Numbered from the whole stretch's first letter, positions 1 through 12,762 are shown. The stretch is DNA of 63,879 nt, filler included, from Octopus bimaculoides (GCF_001194135.2; 6 parts of 5 records of this genome joined end to end with filler, not necessarily neighbours in it), one strand, 5' to 3'. Translations and numbers: made by a program. Notes: a model not told the origin generated them from the letters alone.

Positions 1-50
1 GTATATGTATATATATGTGTGTGTGTGTGCGTTTGTATGTTTGTGTGCCT

Positions 51-240
51 GTGTTTGTCCCCCCCCCCCACATCGTTTGACAACCGATGGTGGTCTGTTT
101 ACGTCCCCGTAACTTAGCAGTTCGGCAAAAGATACGATAGAATAAGTACTAGGCATCCAAAGTCCTGGGGTCGATTTGCTCGACTAAAGGCATTGCTCCA
201 GTATGGCCGCACTCAAATGACTGAAACAAGTAAAGAGTAA
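51..240 (+). mobile_element. SINE family A, 3' half
   Basis: Matches the 3' half of the full copy at 52709-53160 (ttgacaaccgatg...gtaacttagc...ggggtcgatttgctcgactaaagg...aaatgactgaaacaagtaaa). Confidence 0.85.
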
Positions 241-656
241 AGGATGTGGGCAGTTCTTGTCAGCACAATCTTTTGGATTTCTCTGAGACATGGTTTTCCT
301 GGGATCTTATCTCGATGCTTCTGACATCGCTTTTTTATACCTAGCGCGCCTACAATAACAGGAACAGTTCTCATTTTAAGATGCCATATCTTTTGTCTTT
401 TATAATTGGATCGTTCTGTCAGTGTTGGCTGGAAAATCTCAGAGAATAGTGAAATTTTTGCCTTCAACGATTGGCTCAGGATGATGTTCATACCAGTAAG
501 CAGAAGTGCCGATTTTGTAGTGTTTACATATTTTCCAATGTAAATACTGTCCTACCCTGTCGTAGCGGCTTTTGTATTCGTTTGGTGTCAGCACAGGACA
601 TCCCGAGACGAGACGGTCTATTGTTTTGTCAAATGTGTTGCAGAATCTGCTTCTAG
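241..656 (-). mobile_element. R4/Dong-like non-LTR retrotransposon relic (zinc knuckle plus restriction-like endonuclease)
   Basis: SRFCNTFDKTIDRLVSGCPVLTPNEYKSRYDRVGQYLHWKICK...WYEHHPEPIVE and TVPVIVGALG...EIQKIVLTRTAHIL are typical RLE-clade C-terminal motifs; frameshifted. Confidence 0.8.
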
Positions 657-1070
657 GGTCTTGATGGCGGAGTGATTCACCGAGTAAAGAGAGATATCTG
701 AAAGAGCATGATTGGTGTAAGTAAACCATCGAGGCCAAATACTTAAACTGGCACCCGTATCCACCATAAAGGACTTTGAAGAATTGGCGTCTCTGATAAA
801 GAACGCACGATATGGTGAATCGATGGGGGAGACGACTGACGTGCCCAGCTCCTCCCTGTTGAGTTTCCCTGAAAGAAATGTAGCTGTTTCTTGCAATACT
901 TACCAATACATACATGCAAAGCAAACAATTCGTCACGTAGGGTGTCCAACGAAAACCACTCTCCTTACCAAGCAGGCTTGGTAGGGTCGCCGGTTTAATA
1001 GCCGACAGCCTGGCCAAGAGACAGGTTGTACTGGGTTTCATGCTAACAGTAACACGAAGAGTGACCTGAT
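657..1070 (-). mobile_element. Ty3/Gypsy gag-protease relic
   Basis: FFIRDANSSKSFMVDTGASLSIWP...LYSVNHSAIKT contains the retroviral aspartic protease DTG motif; disrupted gag-like sequence upstream. Confidence 0.7.
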
Positions 1071-1299
1071 AAACACACACGCACACACACACACACATTA
1101 TTTCGCTTAGGCAAAGCAATACTAATAACCTGGTGTCAGAACACATACTCTTCTTTTGTTTTTAGCACTTTAGTATTGATAGCATCAATACAGGTTTTTT
1201 ATTATCTCTTCTATTTCCCTTATCATATTCATTTAGCTTTAACTGTATCAGATGAATCATCTCAGATTTCTTACATTGCTTTCAGTTCACGTGGAAATT

Positions 1300-1560
1300 T
1301 AGTATAAAGATGTCAAAAGTGGTCTTTCTAGCATTGAAAATCCTCAGCTATGCTTGTCTGTATATTGCCATCTTTATCTTTGCTTTTCCTGCATGTTTTT
1401 TTCTGCTCTTTCCTTCCACTTCACGAACCACCTTCAATAGTTAGTACTTACTGTTCTGAAACCCAGATTTCAATAGTTCCGGGGTTTTTTTTGCTACTTT
1501 GTTCAGTTGTACTTTGTACCGTTCGTTCGGCTTCAACAATATCGTCTGGGTTGTTCAATA
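1300..1560 (-). mobile_element. Degraded RTE-type LINE relic
   Basis: Minus-strand KDKDGNIQTSIAEDFQC*KDHF resembles the LINE endonuclease-RT linker (KDKDGN...RWKEHF); many stops. Confidence 0.35.
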
Positions 1561-2100
1561 TTTCTAATCTCGTATTTTTTTTTTGTCTTTATTCATAGGT
1601 TAGCTCTATGTCTGATGACAGGCGTGTCACTTGTTTTGAAGCTTTCAATCCGATGGTTACTTCTGTGATTTTGTAGTTTCTTTGAAAGGCACGTAAACTT
1701 CGTATTATGTCAACCGCCTCGATGTAAAGCAAAGAAGCGAAAGGGTAGCCTCTCTGTATTTTTAATTTTTGTGGCAGTCTTTATCGAAAATTTTCTTCTC
1801 ATTATATTGTTATGGTAATTTACAAAATAAATTATGATGATGAAATATATCAATAGTCTTTTTATTTCGTTAAGAAGATTAAATTGATCATAAGGAATCA
1901 AAATCGGATAGGCTAAAACAACAGCAGTAATCTGGGGCAATCTTTTGACCCAGCGTAACTCTTCTTTGTGTATGGCCGAACACAGCTGATTTCTTCCTGT
2001 AAAAAGACAGAAAGAGAAGAATCAATCCAAGTACAAGAGTGGTTCTTTATTGACCTCGAAAAGGAGTGGAAAAGTTACATCATAAGTTTAGTTCAGTAGA

Positions 2101-2600
2101 TGTATCATATGACATATCAACTTGACTACACCTTTGACGCGACCTCCCCGCATGGCTGTCACATGACCATAATATACAGACGTAGCTGAAACCTGACTAA
2201 AATTTCCCTTACCTCACCAGGTGAGCATCTTCAACCAATCAATCTGTGTGTTAACTGATAGTGATCTGAGTCACATTCTCTCTATAAAAACAAACGGCTA
2301 TGAGAACAATCGCCAGAAACGATAGTTCGTCACACTCCTTCACGTTCTTCATAGCGTGATAGACCACCAAATTACTACTGAACGCTGGCGTTCCGGCAAG
2401 ACTTCAAAGACCCTACACCACGACCTCTCAGAACCGCAAAGACACGGTTACCACTTGCAACAATAGAGAAAAGAACACCCTGTAGCAGGCTAGATTTGAT
2501 GTACCATATCAATTCGATATGAGGTAGCCTACTACTAAATGTAGCGTATAGATGTAACGCTTCAAGGTTCTCGCGTCAGAGTAACCAGTGACCATCGAAG
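2101..2600 (+). mobile_element. Possible LTR with PBS-like segment
   Basis: Begins TGT, has a TATA-like ctataaaaa at about 2283, and ends gagtaac-cagtgacc, resembling a Gypsy LTR end and primer-binding site. No second LTR seen. Confidence 0.3.
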
Positions 2601-3039
2601 AATTAACTCCAAGAAGGAAGAAATGTTATTTGCATATATTTATTCGTTTATCCGACAGGTTGATACAGAGACAGTAGCAATTCTAGTGATAGTGGCGACA
2701 AGGATGACTCGCTGGTTAGTAGTTGACATGTAGAAAAAGGCTGTCTGTCAGTAGAGAGGGAAAGATAAGAGGAAGAGATACAAAAATTCTCTCTGTTATA
2801 TAGGCCATGGTCAGAAATGTAAGTCAAACCTTAAACAAAGGACTGACCTCTTCTTGACCAGCACAGACCCTAGGGTCGGAGTGTTTCCTCATCAGTCATC
2901 ATTTCCAGTAATCAAATGAAAAGAAGAGAGAGAGAGAGAGAGAGAGGCTACGGTTTGTTTATGGAGAAGACACAATTGACAAGAGCCATGTGCAGATAGA
3001 TGAAGATTAAAGAAAGGGAAGCCAGCATTGTAGACAAAG

Positions 3040-3655
3040 CACGCAGTTGGAGACTATCGATTCCGACCACTGACCCAAATCACTAGCGAATGCGAGCTTA
3101 TCGGACAACTGGACAATGGTCACAATGCATTACAGAAAATGGTAGAAAATATTAGGTATCGGAAAGTGTGTGCAAAGTGAATACCTCGGCCGTTGACAAC
3201 CGATTTGAAGGAGCAAAGGGTTGAATTCTACTCTGATCTGCTGGAAGTGTTTCAAGCCAATGAAGACACTTTTTTTTCCTTTTTTCTTTTCTTTTCTGAT
3301 GTGATGACAGAGGAAGAGACCTGGTCGTATCTTTACGGCCTAGAATCGAAGGCTCAGTTCATGGAACGTCGTCACAGTTCTTGTCCAAGACCTACAAAGT
3401 CCAAGGGCCAGCTGTCGACTTAGAAAGTCACGGTAACTGTTTTGGGCGATGTCAAGGGATCATTGTCCTTGATTTTCTGGACCGTTGAGATACCCGCAAG
3501 GCATAGAGAAGCCATTAAGGAGGAAGAGACCGAACAGCAATCTGAGAATAATCCCCATTCATCATGACAATGCGAGATCACACACATCTTCAGCAACAAA
3601 CCAGAGAATCGGAAAAACTAGGCAGGTTACTAACTCCTCGCCATCCACAGAACAA
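3040..3655 (+). mobile_element. Mariner (Tc1/mariner) transposase relic
   Basis: YRKVCAK*IPRPLT (WVPHEL-like), VMTEEETWSYLYGLESKAQFMERRHSSCPRPTK (TGDETW-like) and HHDNARSHT motifs; stops and frameshifts; truncated at the inverted repeat. Confidence 0.85.
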
Positions 3656-3658
3656 CTC

Positions 3659-5336
3659 CACATTCAATCCTTCTCATCATTTAATGTCATATATCTAAGA
3701 TAGAATACTTTAGGAAAAAAGTTGAGTCTTGGAAGATTATAGAGAGGATATTCACAAATGCAAATGCATTCTTCAATGAATAGCCAATGAGAAACATTAG
3801 GCCTAAAAGATTATTTCTGGAAATCAGTTACATGGAGACTGATCAGGCAACTTCCATGCATCTCTGTCTCAAAGAAAGGTTAAGACTATTTGAGTGTCAT
3901 GCAAACACCAGGAATATACAGAAAATAGACCCCCTCAAGTGACAGGGGGAATCTTTGGAAGTAGTNNNNNNNNNNNNNNNNNNNNNNNNNNNNNNNNNNN
4001 NNNNNNNNNNNNNNNNNNNNNNNNNNNNNNNNNNNNNNNNNNNNNNNNNNNNNNNNNNNNNNNNNNNNNNNNNNNNNNNNNNNNNNNNNNNNNNNNNNNN
4101 NNNNNNNNNNNNNNNNNNNNNNNNNNNNNNNNNNNNNNNNNNNNNNNNNNNNNNNNNNNNNNNNNNNNNNNNNNNNNNNNNNNNNNNNNNNNNNNNNNNN
4201 NNNNNNNNNNNNNNNNNNNNNNNNNNNNNNNNNNNNNNNNNNNNNNNNNNNNNNNNNNNNNNNNNNNNNNNNNNNNNNNNNNNNNNNNNNNNNNNNNNNN
4301 NNNNNNNNNNNNNNNNNNNNNNNNNNNNNNNNNNNNNNNNNNNNNNNNNNNNNNNNNNNNNNNNNNNNNNNNNNNNNNNNNNNNNNNNNNNNNNNNNNNN
4401 NNNNNNNNNNNNNNNNNNNNNNNNNNNNNNNNNNNNNNNNNNNNNNNNNNNNNNNNNNNNNNNNNNNNNNNNNNNNNNNNNNNNNNNNNNNNNNNNNNNN
4501 NNNNNNNNNNNNNNNNNNNNNNNNNNNNNNNNNNNNNNNNNNNNNNNNNNNNNNNNNNNNNNNNNNNNNNNNNNNNNNNNNNNNNNNNNNNNNNNNNNNN
4601 NNNNNNNNNNNNNNNNNNNNNNNNNNNNNNNNNNNNNNNNNNNNNNNNNNNNNNNNNNNNNNNNNNNNNNNNNNNNNNNNNNNNNNNNNNNNNNNNNNNN
4701 NNNNNNNNNNNNNNNNNNNNNNNNNNNNNNNNNNNNNNNNNNNNNNNNNNNNNNNNNNNNNNNNNNNNNNNNNNNNNNNNNNNNNNNNNNNNNNNNNNNN
4801 NNNNNNNNNNNNNNNNNNNNNNNNNNNNNNNNNNNNNNNNNNNNNNNNNNNNNNNNNNNNNNNTGTGTCAACAGCAACAAAATTGGTTGTGTGATCACTT
4901 TTAGGACATTTTTCAGATATTTTCTGTATGGCTCTCACTTTTTGAAATTTGGGATATTTTCCACTCTGAATCTATGCAGTTATATACTTGTTCCAAATTT
5001 GAAACCTACTGGAATAAAATTCCTATGGTGGACGGTAGAATTAAAGGAAAATGAGATCTTTTCTGTTTGGTTTTCACTTTTCACTTCCTATAACAAAATT
5101 ATAGGAATTGAAAAGTGAAAGATCTCATTTTCCTTTAATTCTACCCATCCACCATATATTGGCTGACAGCAAAGTGAAAGGAAAACAATTGCCAAACTAT
5201 TAGTTGGTAAAATGTAAGTTTTCATTTCGTACAAAAGTTAGCCCATACCTTAAGTTTATGAAAATGACGCCAAATAAAACTTGTTACGGCGCGAGTTTTA
5301 ATTTTGATGAAACTCCAAGTCATTTCTATTGTGTTT
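3659..5336 (+). repeat. Left arm of a long inverted duplication (partner 6768-8476)
   Basis: 3659-3965 is the reverse complement of about 8168-8476, and 4864-5336 of 6768-7243, with only scattered mismatches. Each arm has an internal N gap. Confidence 0.9.
5024..5156. mobile_element. Fold-back MITE-like palindrome (mirrored at about 6947-7079)
   Basis: tatggtggacggtagaattaaaggaaaatgagatctt...aagatctcattttcctttaattctacccatccaccata with a nested inner stem (ttcacttttca/tgaaaagtgaa; ttcctataa/ttataggaa); TA ends. Confidence 0.65.
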
Positions 5337-5873
5337 TAGTAGTTATGCCCTAAAACAGTTTCCTCGCTTCTGATATACCGTAGCTCGATCTCCTAAAAGT
5401 GGTCAAGTTACACTTTTCTGGCAGAAAATAATTAAAAAAAAAAAAGAAAAGAAAATGTACGAGAAACGTGTATCTTGGAGAATGTATTTCTGAACCTGTA
5501 AAACATTAAAAATAGACAATATGATCTGATTCCGGCTGATCGAACAACTCAAACGGGGCTAAACAACATACATTATTTTATTAAGTGAATGCAGTGTTAT
5601 CGCAGTTTTCTATATGTTGCTTAAGCTTGTTTAGCCTATAACCACCGGCATTGCAGCCGTGACCGCCTCGTTTTTCTTTCTGAAACTATTTAGAACTACA
5701 CTATCCAATAGGTTTGGCAACTATTTCTAGCAGATGACCACGTGTAACGTGACCTAATTAGTAATAAAGAGGAAGAAACTAATTTCAAACTAGAAGTTAT
5801 ATTTCTTGTTTCTTTTTTTTTTTTAGCACTACTCTCTTTGAATCATCGGTTTTATTTAAACTGTAGTAACGCC

Positions 5874-5901
5874 TGCGCATGCGTAGTCTTACGCATGCGT
5901 A
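5874..5901. promoter_or_regulatory. Two NRF1-like palindromic motifs
   Basis: tgcgcatgcgta (5874-5885) and tacgcatgcgta (5890-5901) resemble the GCGCATGCGC NRF1 site. Confidence 0.4.
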
Positions 5902-6767
5902 GAATTAATAAAGCAAGCGTTTCCCGCTCAATTCATTCTCTTTCTCGCTGGCCAGCGATTGAGCATGGACGTGTGTTTAAAAGCTGTCTCTACATCTTTC
6001 GGTCTTACACTCGACAGCTCGTTATTCTCACCTCTAAAGATGTATAACTAAAGATATGTATGTTTAACCAAGTAAATAAATGTTGTTTAAGTTGTTTAGT
6101 CTGGAGTTCAGCGTTCGTCTATTTCTTTAATTTTATAGTAGAAAGTCAGGTATACAATCTAAAGATGTATAACCCACTTTCTACTAAAAAACCAAGAATA
6201 AATTAATAACGACTCTGGTAACACCAGGATGATGAAAAGATATTTAGATGTTCTTTCGTTCTTTACTGTGTTGCTGACACTGGATTTTGACGTAGCTAAA
6301 CAAGTATAGGCTTTTAAAATCGGCAGAAGCCTCGAAATAATTAAAAGGTATTTTATGGTTTTAGTTTTACCGAAAGCTTTTAGTGTAATTAGTGCTTTCC
6401 TAGCTTTACGTAACCTAAAGCCTCACCACCATGTGAAAGCTAAGGGTTATGGAAACGGTCAGAAGATCAAAATATATCTGATGTTTTTGGTTTTTCACCG
6501 TAGTTGCTGGAAACATGAAAATATTTCTAGCAGATTAACTGGTCATGTAAAGGCTCGGTAGCGGGAGTAATATGATAGCTCCACAGTTGGTGTTTTGCGT
6601 ATATTTCGTGGTAGTCATCACTTGAAAGTATCAAATTCAAGGACATTAGTATTCGTCGCCTTAGTCTGGCGATCTTTCGTTTGATGTTCATAAACTGACA
6701 GGCAAAACGATTATATGGTAATCTACAGTCATCATTTCGTACGTCCCAACGACGCAATATCACATAC

Positions 6768-8476
6768 AAACACAATAGAAATGACTTGGAGTTTCATCAA
6801 AATTAAAACTCACGCCGTAACAAGTTTTATTTGGCGTCATTTTCATAAACTTAAGGTATGGGCTAACTTTCGTACGAAATGAAAACTTACATTTTACCAA
6901 CTAATGGTTTGGCAATTATTTTCCTTTCACTTTGCTGTCAGCCAATATATGGTGGATGGTAGAATTAAAGGAAAATGAGATCTTTCACTTTTCAATTCCT
7001 ATAATTTTGTTATAGGAAGTGAAAAGTGAAAACCAAACAGAAAAGATCTCATTTTCCTTTAATTCTACCGTCCACCATAGGAATTTTATTCCAGTAGGTT
7101 TCAAATTTGGAACAAGTATATAACTGCACAGATTCAGAGTGGAAAATATCCCAAATTTCAAAAAGTGAGAGCCATACAGAAAATATCTGAAAAATGTCCT
7201 AAAAGTGATCACACAACCAATTTTGTTGCTGTTGACACATATTTACTATGTAGACTCTCCATCTGATCAATGTGGAAACGAAAGTTCCTTGGTTCGGNNN
7301 NNNNNNNNNNNNNNNNNNNNNNNNNNNNNNNNNNNNNNNNNNNNNNNNNNNNNNNNNNNNNNNNNNNNNNNNNNNNNNNNNNNNNNNNNNNNNNNNNNNN
7401 NNNNNNNNNNNNNNNNNNNNNNNNNNNNNNNNNNNNNNNNNNNNNNNNNNNNNNNNNNNNNNNNNNNNNNNNNNNNNNNNNNNNNNNNNNNNNNNNNNNN
7501 NNNNNNNNNNNNNNNNNNNNNNNNNNNNNNNNNNNNNNNNNNNNNNNNNNNNNNNNNNNNNNNNNNNNNNNNNNNNNNNNNNNNNNNNNNNNNNNNNNNN
7601 NNNNNNNNNNNNNNNNNNNNNNNNNNNNNNNNNNNNNNNNNNNNNNNNNNNNNNNNNNNNNNNNNNNNNNNNNNNNNNNNNNNNNNNNNNNNNNNNNNNN
7701 NNNNNNNNNNNNNNNNNNNNNNNNNNNNNNNNNNNNNNNNNNNNNNNNNNNNNNNNNNNNNNNNNNNNNNNNNNNNNNNNNNNNNNNNNNNNNNNNNNNN
7801 NNNNNNNNNNNNNNNNNNNNNNNNNNNNNNNNNNNNNNNNNNNNNNNNNNNNNNNNNNNNNNNNNNNNNNNNNNNNNNNNNNNNNNNNNNNNNNNNNNNN
7901 NNNNNNNNNNNNNNNNNNNNNNNNNNNNNNNNNNNNNNNNNNNNNNNNNNNNNNNNNNNNNNNNNNNNNNNNNNNNNNNNNNNNNNNNNNNNNNNNNNNN
8001 NNNNNNNNNNNNNNNNNNNNNNNNNNNNNNNNNNNNNNNNNNNNNNNNNNNNNNNNNNNNNNNNNNNNNNNNNNNNNNNNNNNNNNNNNNNNNNNNNNNN
8101 NNNNNNNNNNNNNNNNNNNNNNNNNNNNNNNNNNNNNNNNNNNNNNNNNNTAAGTAATGGAAACTGTCTACTACTTCCAAGGATTCCCCCTGTCACTTGA
8201 GGGGGTCTATTTTCTGTATATTCCTGGTGTTTGCATGACACTCAAATAGTCTTAACCTTTCTTTGAGACAGAGATGCATGGAAGTTGCCTGATCAATCTC
8301 CATGTAACTGATTTCCAGAAATAATCTTTTAGGCCTAATGTTTCTCATTGGCTATTCATTGAAGAATGCATTTGCATTTGTGAATATCCTCTCTATAATC
8401 TTCCAAGACTCAACTTTTTTCCTAAAGTATTCTATCTTAGATATATGACATTAAATGATGAGAAGGATTGAATGTG
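6768..8476 (-). repeat. Right arm of the long inverted duplication
   Basis: Reverse complement of 3659-5336; the ORF track gives the same peptides on opposite strands (e.g. MITQPILLLLT). Confidence 0.9.
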
Positions 8477-8509
8477 ATTTAAGAAGCTGATTAACATCAG
8501 ATGTATTGG

Positions 8510-8680
8510 TCATCATCATCATCATCATCGTTTCACGTCTGTCTTCCATGCTAGCATGGGTGGGATGGTACCACAAGAGCTGGCCAGGTCGAAGCCTACA
8601 CCAGACTTCTGTGTCTGTTTTGGCAGGATTTTTACAGCTGGATGCCCTTCCTAACACCGACCACTCAGCAGAGTGGTCAA
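8510..8680 (-). mobile_element. Short interspersed repeat family D with (ATG)n tail
   Basis: catcatcatc-gtttcacgtc...ttttacagctggatgcccttcctaac recurs at about 12838-12970 and, with an internal duplication, at 16278-16560. Confidence 0.65.
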
Positions 8681-9429
8681 TTAATGGAAAATATAGTAAA
8701 GTTGATGATAACATATTTATTGTGGTAAACGCAAGAATTTTAATTAATATTACATCATAATGAAGAGGAAAATAATTATTTTATTGATGATTAATTCTGT
8801 TAAGAAAGGTAGGGGAAGTAACTCTAGAAAATGACGAAAATAGAATATGGCTGGTGTTTGTTCTTTAGCAGCACGGTGACCATTCTGGATATTTAATGCA
8901 AAGATATTATGCAGACTAGGTGAATAAGTGCATTTATGGTTGGGGAAGAACTGGCAATGTCAGGTTTGAGAACATTAGATTTCAGAATCATGTCATAAAA
9001 GTTAAGATGTATCACAAACTGGTTTACTCTATAGAGTATCTGAAATTAAGTGGCAATTTACTTTTACCAGTTAATGATCAGAATTTTGTATGGTATTCCA
9101 TACAAACAAATTCAGTTTCATTTACTGAAACCACATACTGTCACAGAACAAAAAAAAAAAGAAGATAAACACTACATTAAATATAAGCATTGTAAACATA
9201 ACATTAAAATATTCAAAACTATTTAAAAACATTTTTATGCATTGAATTAGCAACACTGAGTACACAACCCACCAAACGCAGGATGAAAACTAAAAATTTT
9301 CTATATAAGAATATATATTGTAAGTTAGCTGTGAAGGAAATTTGAAGGGTAGATAGCCTGGTTCTCTGAAAATGGATCTCAGGGTAGTTGTACTTTGCCA
9401 GAGTCTGCTTGAATGATTGTGGTGTTGAA

Positions 9430-9735
9430 GGCACAGGTTGTGCGGTAAGAAGTTTGCTTCCCAACCACATGGTTTTTGGTTCAGTCTCGTTGCATGGCAC
9501 CTTAGGCGGCCCAAAGCTCTGTGAGTGGATTTGGTAGAGTGAAACTGAAAGAAGCCCATCATATATATGTATGTGTGCGTGTATTTGTGTTTGTCCCTAC
9601 CGCATGATATCACAACCGATGTTGGTTTGTTTACCTCCCTGTAATTTAGAGGTTCAGCAAAAAGAGACTGATAGAATAATTATCAGGCTTAAAATCAAAT
9701 AAATTCTGGGGCCAATTTGTTCAACTAGATCCTAC
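9430..9735 (+). mobile_element. SINE family A, degenerate near-full copy
   Basis: Colinear with 52709-53160, including gtgagtggatttggtaga..gaaactgaaagaagccc and the central microsatellite. Confidence 0.8.
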
Positions 9736-10689
9736 AAAAAAGAAAAGGTTAAGAACCATTGGTATATAATCTTCCTGTGGAATGATACTATGTTCCTTCT
9801 GACATGTAAATGCCTGCGAGATGAAATGCAACTGTTTGACTGATATGCAGAAGCTTTGGATTTAAAATAGTTTTGTTAAGCATCAAAAGTTTTACTCAGT
9901 GCTTGGGGAAAATTAGAAGTAATGTCCACCCAAGATAAATTTTAAGCAATTTTATTATCCCTTGATTATGCCTTAAAAGAGGTCTTCATCACTAATGAGA
10001 CAGTGATCAGCTATGTTGTACCTTGGTCTGCTAGAAATAGAAGCCAAATCTCTCCAAAATCATGCTGTCATTGTTTGACAAAAATGGAAGGAAACGTTGG
10101 GATAACAATGGTCTGGCAACAAGGGAGACAATGCAAATGATGCTCATCGGGCAGGTGAGACATCACCCTTTGCCCTTTTCTGTGACTTGTCTCCCACCAC
10201 CACCAATGATGGATGGCATTATCATGTAGTAACTATTCACTATCCCTCAACTGGACAGGGAGTTGGGATGATGGGATCCTAGGGATAATGTAATCTTAAA
10301 AATACACTATATTTGAAAGAAAGCCAGGAAGGCCATAGTTGGAATAGCTCTGATGAGAGGCCTGCTAAGTCTGGGCTGACCTGAGGCTGAATAGCCAACT
10401 GACCAACACACAGTAAAGTGGCTGGTGATAAAGAAACAGTAACAAAGTAGGCCTGTCTTATTTGTGACTGTGTTGGATAATGAAAGACAACAATAAAAGG
10501 CAAAATGGTTTAAGCTTCCCTAACCCGTGCCACCACTGAAAAACAGACGTAAAACTATCAGAGAAAGTGTTTGTAAGCAATATGTTATACATTGCATTAA
10601 TGACCACCAACACAGTATCTCTGAAGCCAGATCCACTGGTGGCCAACACTCCTAGGCCTCTCACTTGTGGGTTCTAGTCTAGAAAAAAT

Positions 10690-10960
10690 TTGGTGAAAGC
10701 AATGTTCTTGCCCTTCACATCAGCTAAGCTTTCAACTATATTTGGCATGCAAACCTCTTATAAAACCTGTTTATTGGCTCACCTTTATCATATCTTAGAT
10801 TTATAGCATCTTCATCACATCATCGTATTGCAGCACATCTGGACAGATTTCTCTTCCTCATTTTACCTTCTCTAGGGTGCCCCACCTTTAAGCACAAGCA
10901 CACGACCAGAGCCCTCACCATTGTGCCAAATATTAGGTTTCACTATCACTGAAACATGCA
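10690..10960 (+). mobile_element. CR1/Jockey-type RT relic
   Basis: GESNVLALHIS/KAFNYIWHANLL resembles the LDISKAFDRVWH RT motif; frameshifted. Confidence 0.5.
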
Positions 10961-11149
10961 AACAACCAACCCTTCTCTTCAGGATCAGCTGATACTTCGG
11001 CCCTCAACAATTACTATCTTTGAAACTCATGTGAGACACACTACCGGGTATTGTTCCCACATCTGGGACAGTGCTGCCGAGCACAGGCACTCTAGACTGC
11101 CCCCAGAAAAGGGCCACCCAACTGATTGGTATTAAGTCACTCAGACATG

Positions 11150-11325
11150 TTCCGTCCTCTAGCTTACAGACATACTGTATTCTTCCTACCTCTACTCCAC
11201 TGAGGTTGGCTTTACCTTTCATCCTTTCAGGGTCGATAAAATAAGTACCAGTTGAGTGTTGGGGGGTCGATGTAATTACTTACTCCCCTGAAATTGCTGG
11301 CCTTGTGCCAAAATTCGAAATCACT
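11150..11325 (+). mobile_element. SINE family B fragment
   Basis: ctttcatcctttcagggtcgataaaataagtaccagttgag...gtcgatgtaat matches the family B core. Confidence 0.75.
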
Positions 11326-11626
11326 GTTGAGGAGATTTGAAAACAAATTTTTTAAAGTCAATATAATGAATAAAATAAGTTATAAAATGAAGAAATATTT
11401 ATTGCATGAGAAAAAAATGTGTGAGAGAGAAAGAGAGGGAGAGAGGTGGTGAAAAAAGGTAGGAATGAGAAAAACTTGAGTTCATGACAGTTTGATGATA
11501 TTCCGACTATCTGGTCTGTATAGAAAGGATCTTGAGGATATGAGAAGTCTAGGTTGATTGATACAAAAATAATAATAATATTAAAAAAATTGATTTAAAA
11601 AATAAAAAAGTAGAAATAAATAAAAA

Positions 11627-11682
11627 CTATTTTCTTCTTTGGAACACATTTCCTCGACCTCCACGACCTCGACCTCGGGCAG
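11627..11682 (-). CDS. SNRPD3: Sm D3 terminal coding exon (RG-rich tail)
   Basis: Acceptor tttcatttcag|CT at 11683/11682. A phase-1 join gives ...LRAQ-A-ARGRGRGGRGNVFQRRK*, matching the Sm D3 C-terminal RG tail. Intron is 7501 bp and the protein 125 aa. A candidate AATAAA lies at 11403-11398. Confidence 0.95.
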
Positions 11683-11899
11683 CTGAAATGAAATAAAAGA
11701 GGAAGATTATAAAACAAGTATAAAATATACAAATGGAAGTTCTATCAACAAAAGACAGCTTAATGCTTATTATGTAAAAGTCAGAATGATTGAGAGTCCT
11801 CAAGTTGTTAAGTGACAATGCTTCTATCAGTATAAACAGCCTCGGTCATCTCTCAACAAACTTCTGATGATCGAAAACATTCCAACCATAACCATCCTA

Positions 11900-11935
<36 letters not shown>

Positions 11936-12528
11936 NNNNNNNNNNNNNNNNNNNNNNNNNNNNNNNNNNNNNNNNNNNNNNNNNNNNNNNNNNNNNNNNN
12001 NNNNNNNNNNNNNNNNNNNNNNNNNNNNNNNNNNNNNNNNNNNNNNNNNNNNNNNNNNNNNNNNNNNNNNNNNNNNNNNNNNNNNNNNNNNNNNNNNNNN
12101 NNNNNNNNNNNNNNNNNNNNNNNNNNNNNNTCATTCCAGCCAAAGTTGTGTGATGACCAAACATTACAAGACCCATACATTTACATGCCGTGCAAACAGT
12201 GAGACACAAGGAACAACTCTGCTTGGATATACGGTATAGAGTGATATCATCATGGGGATCTTTTATGATCATACACACTACCATATAGAGAGCAGGAGCA
12301 CTATTATGGTTTGCAATCATCCATGTAATATCTATGTTTTCTTTTTATGGTGGCATGAATTAGATGCAGGGTGACTCTGAGGCATGATTTTACAGCTGGA
12401 TGCACTTCCTGTCATCAATGCTTAGTAAGGGATTTTTTTCTTTTATTCCAAAGGTCTTTAAATGCACAGGACAAGCAGTAATAATGTCACCATTCCCACG
12501 TGTATGTCTATGTTGTGTGTGTGCACCT

Positions 12529-12742
12529 GAAGGCAGCGAGCTGGCAGAAACGGTAGCATGCCGGGTAAAATGCTTAGCAGTATTTCATCTGTCTTTATGT
12601 TTTGAGTTCAAATTCTGTTGAGGTTGACTTTGCCTTTCACCCTTTCAGGGTTGATAAATTAAGTACCAGTTGTATACTTGGGTTGATCTAATTGACTGGC
12701 TCCCTCAATGAAATTTTGGGCTTTGTGCCTATAGTGGAAAAG
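12529..12742 (+). mobile_element. SINE family B, full-length degenerate copy
   Basis: ggcagcgagctggcagaa...gagttcaaattc (B-box-like)...ctttcaccctttcagggttgataaattaagtaccagtt...gtgcctatagtggaaaag. Confidence 0.8.
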
Positions 12743-12762
12743 TATGTGTGCACATGTATATA

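Noticed and set aside
3886-8241. Long ORFs of 290-390 aa in the ORF track (also at about 19.7, 35.7, 55.3, 56.5 and 58.1 kb)
   Set aside because: They are open only because they run through N gaps.
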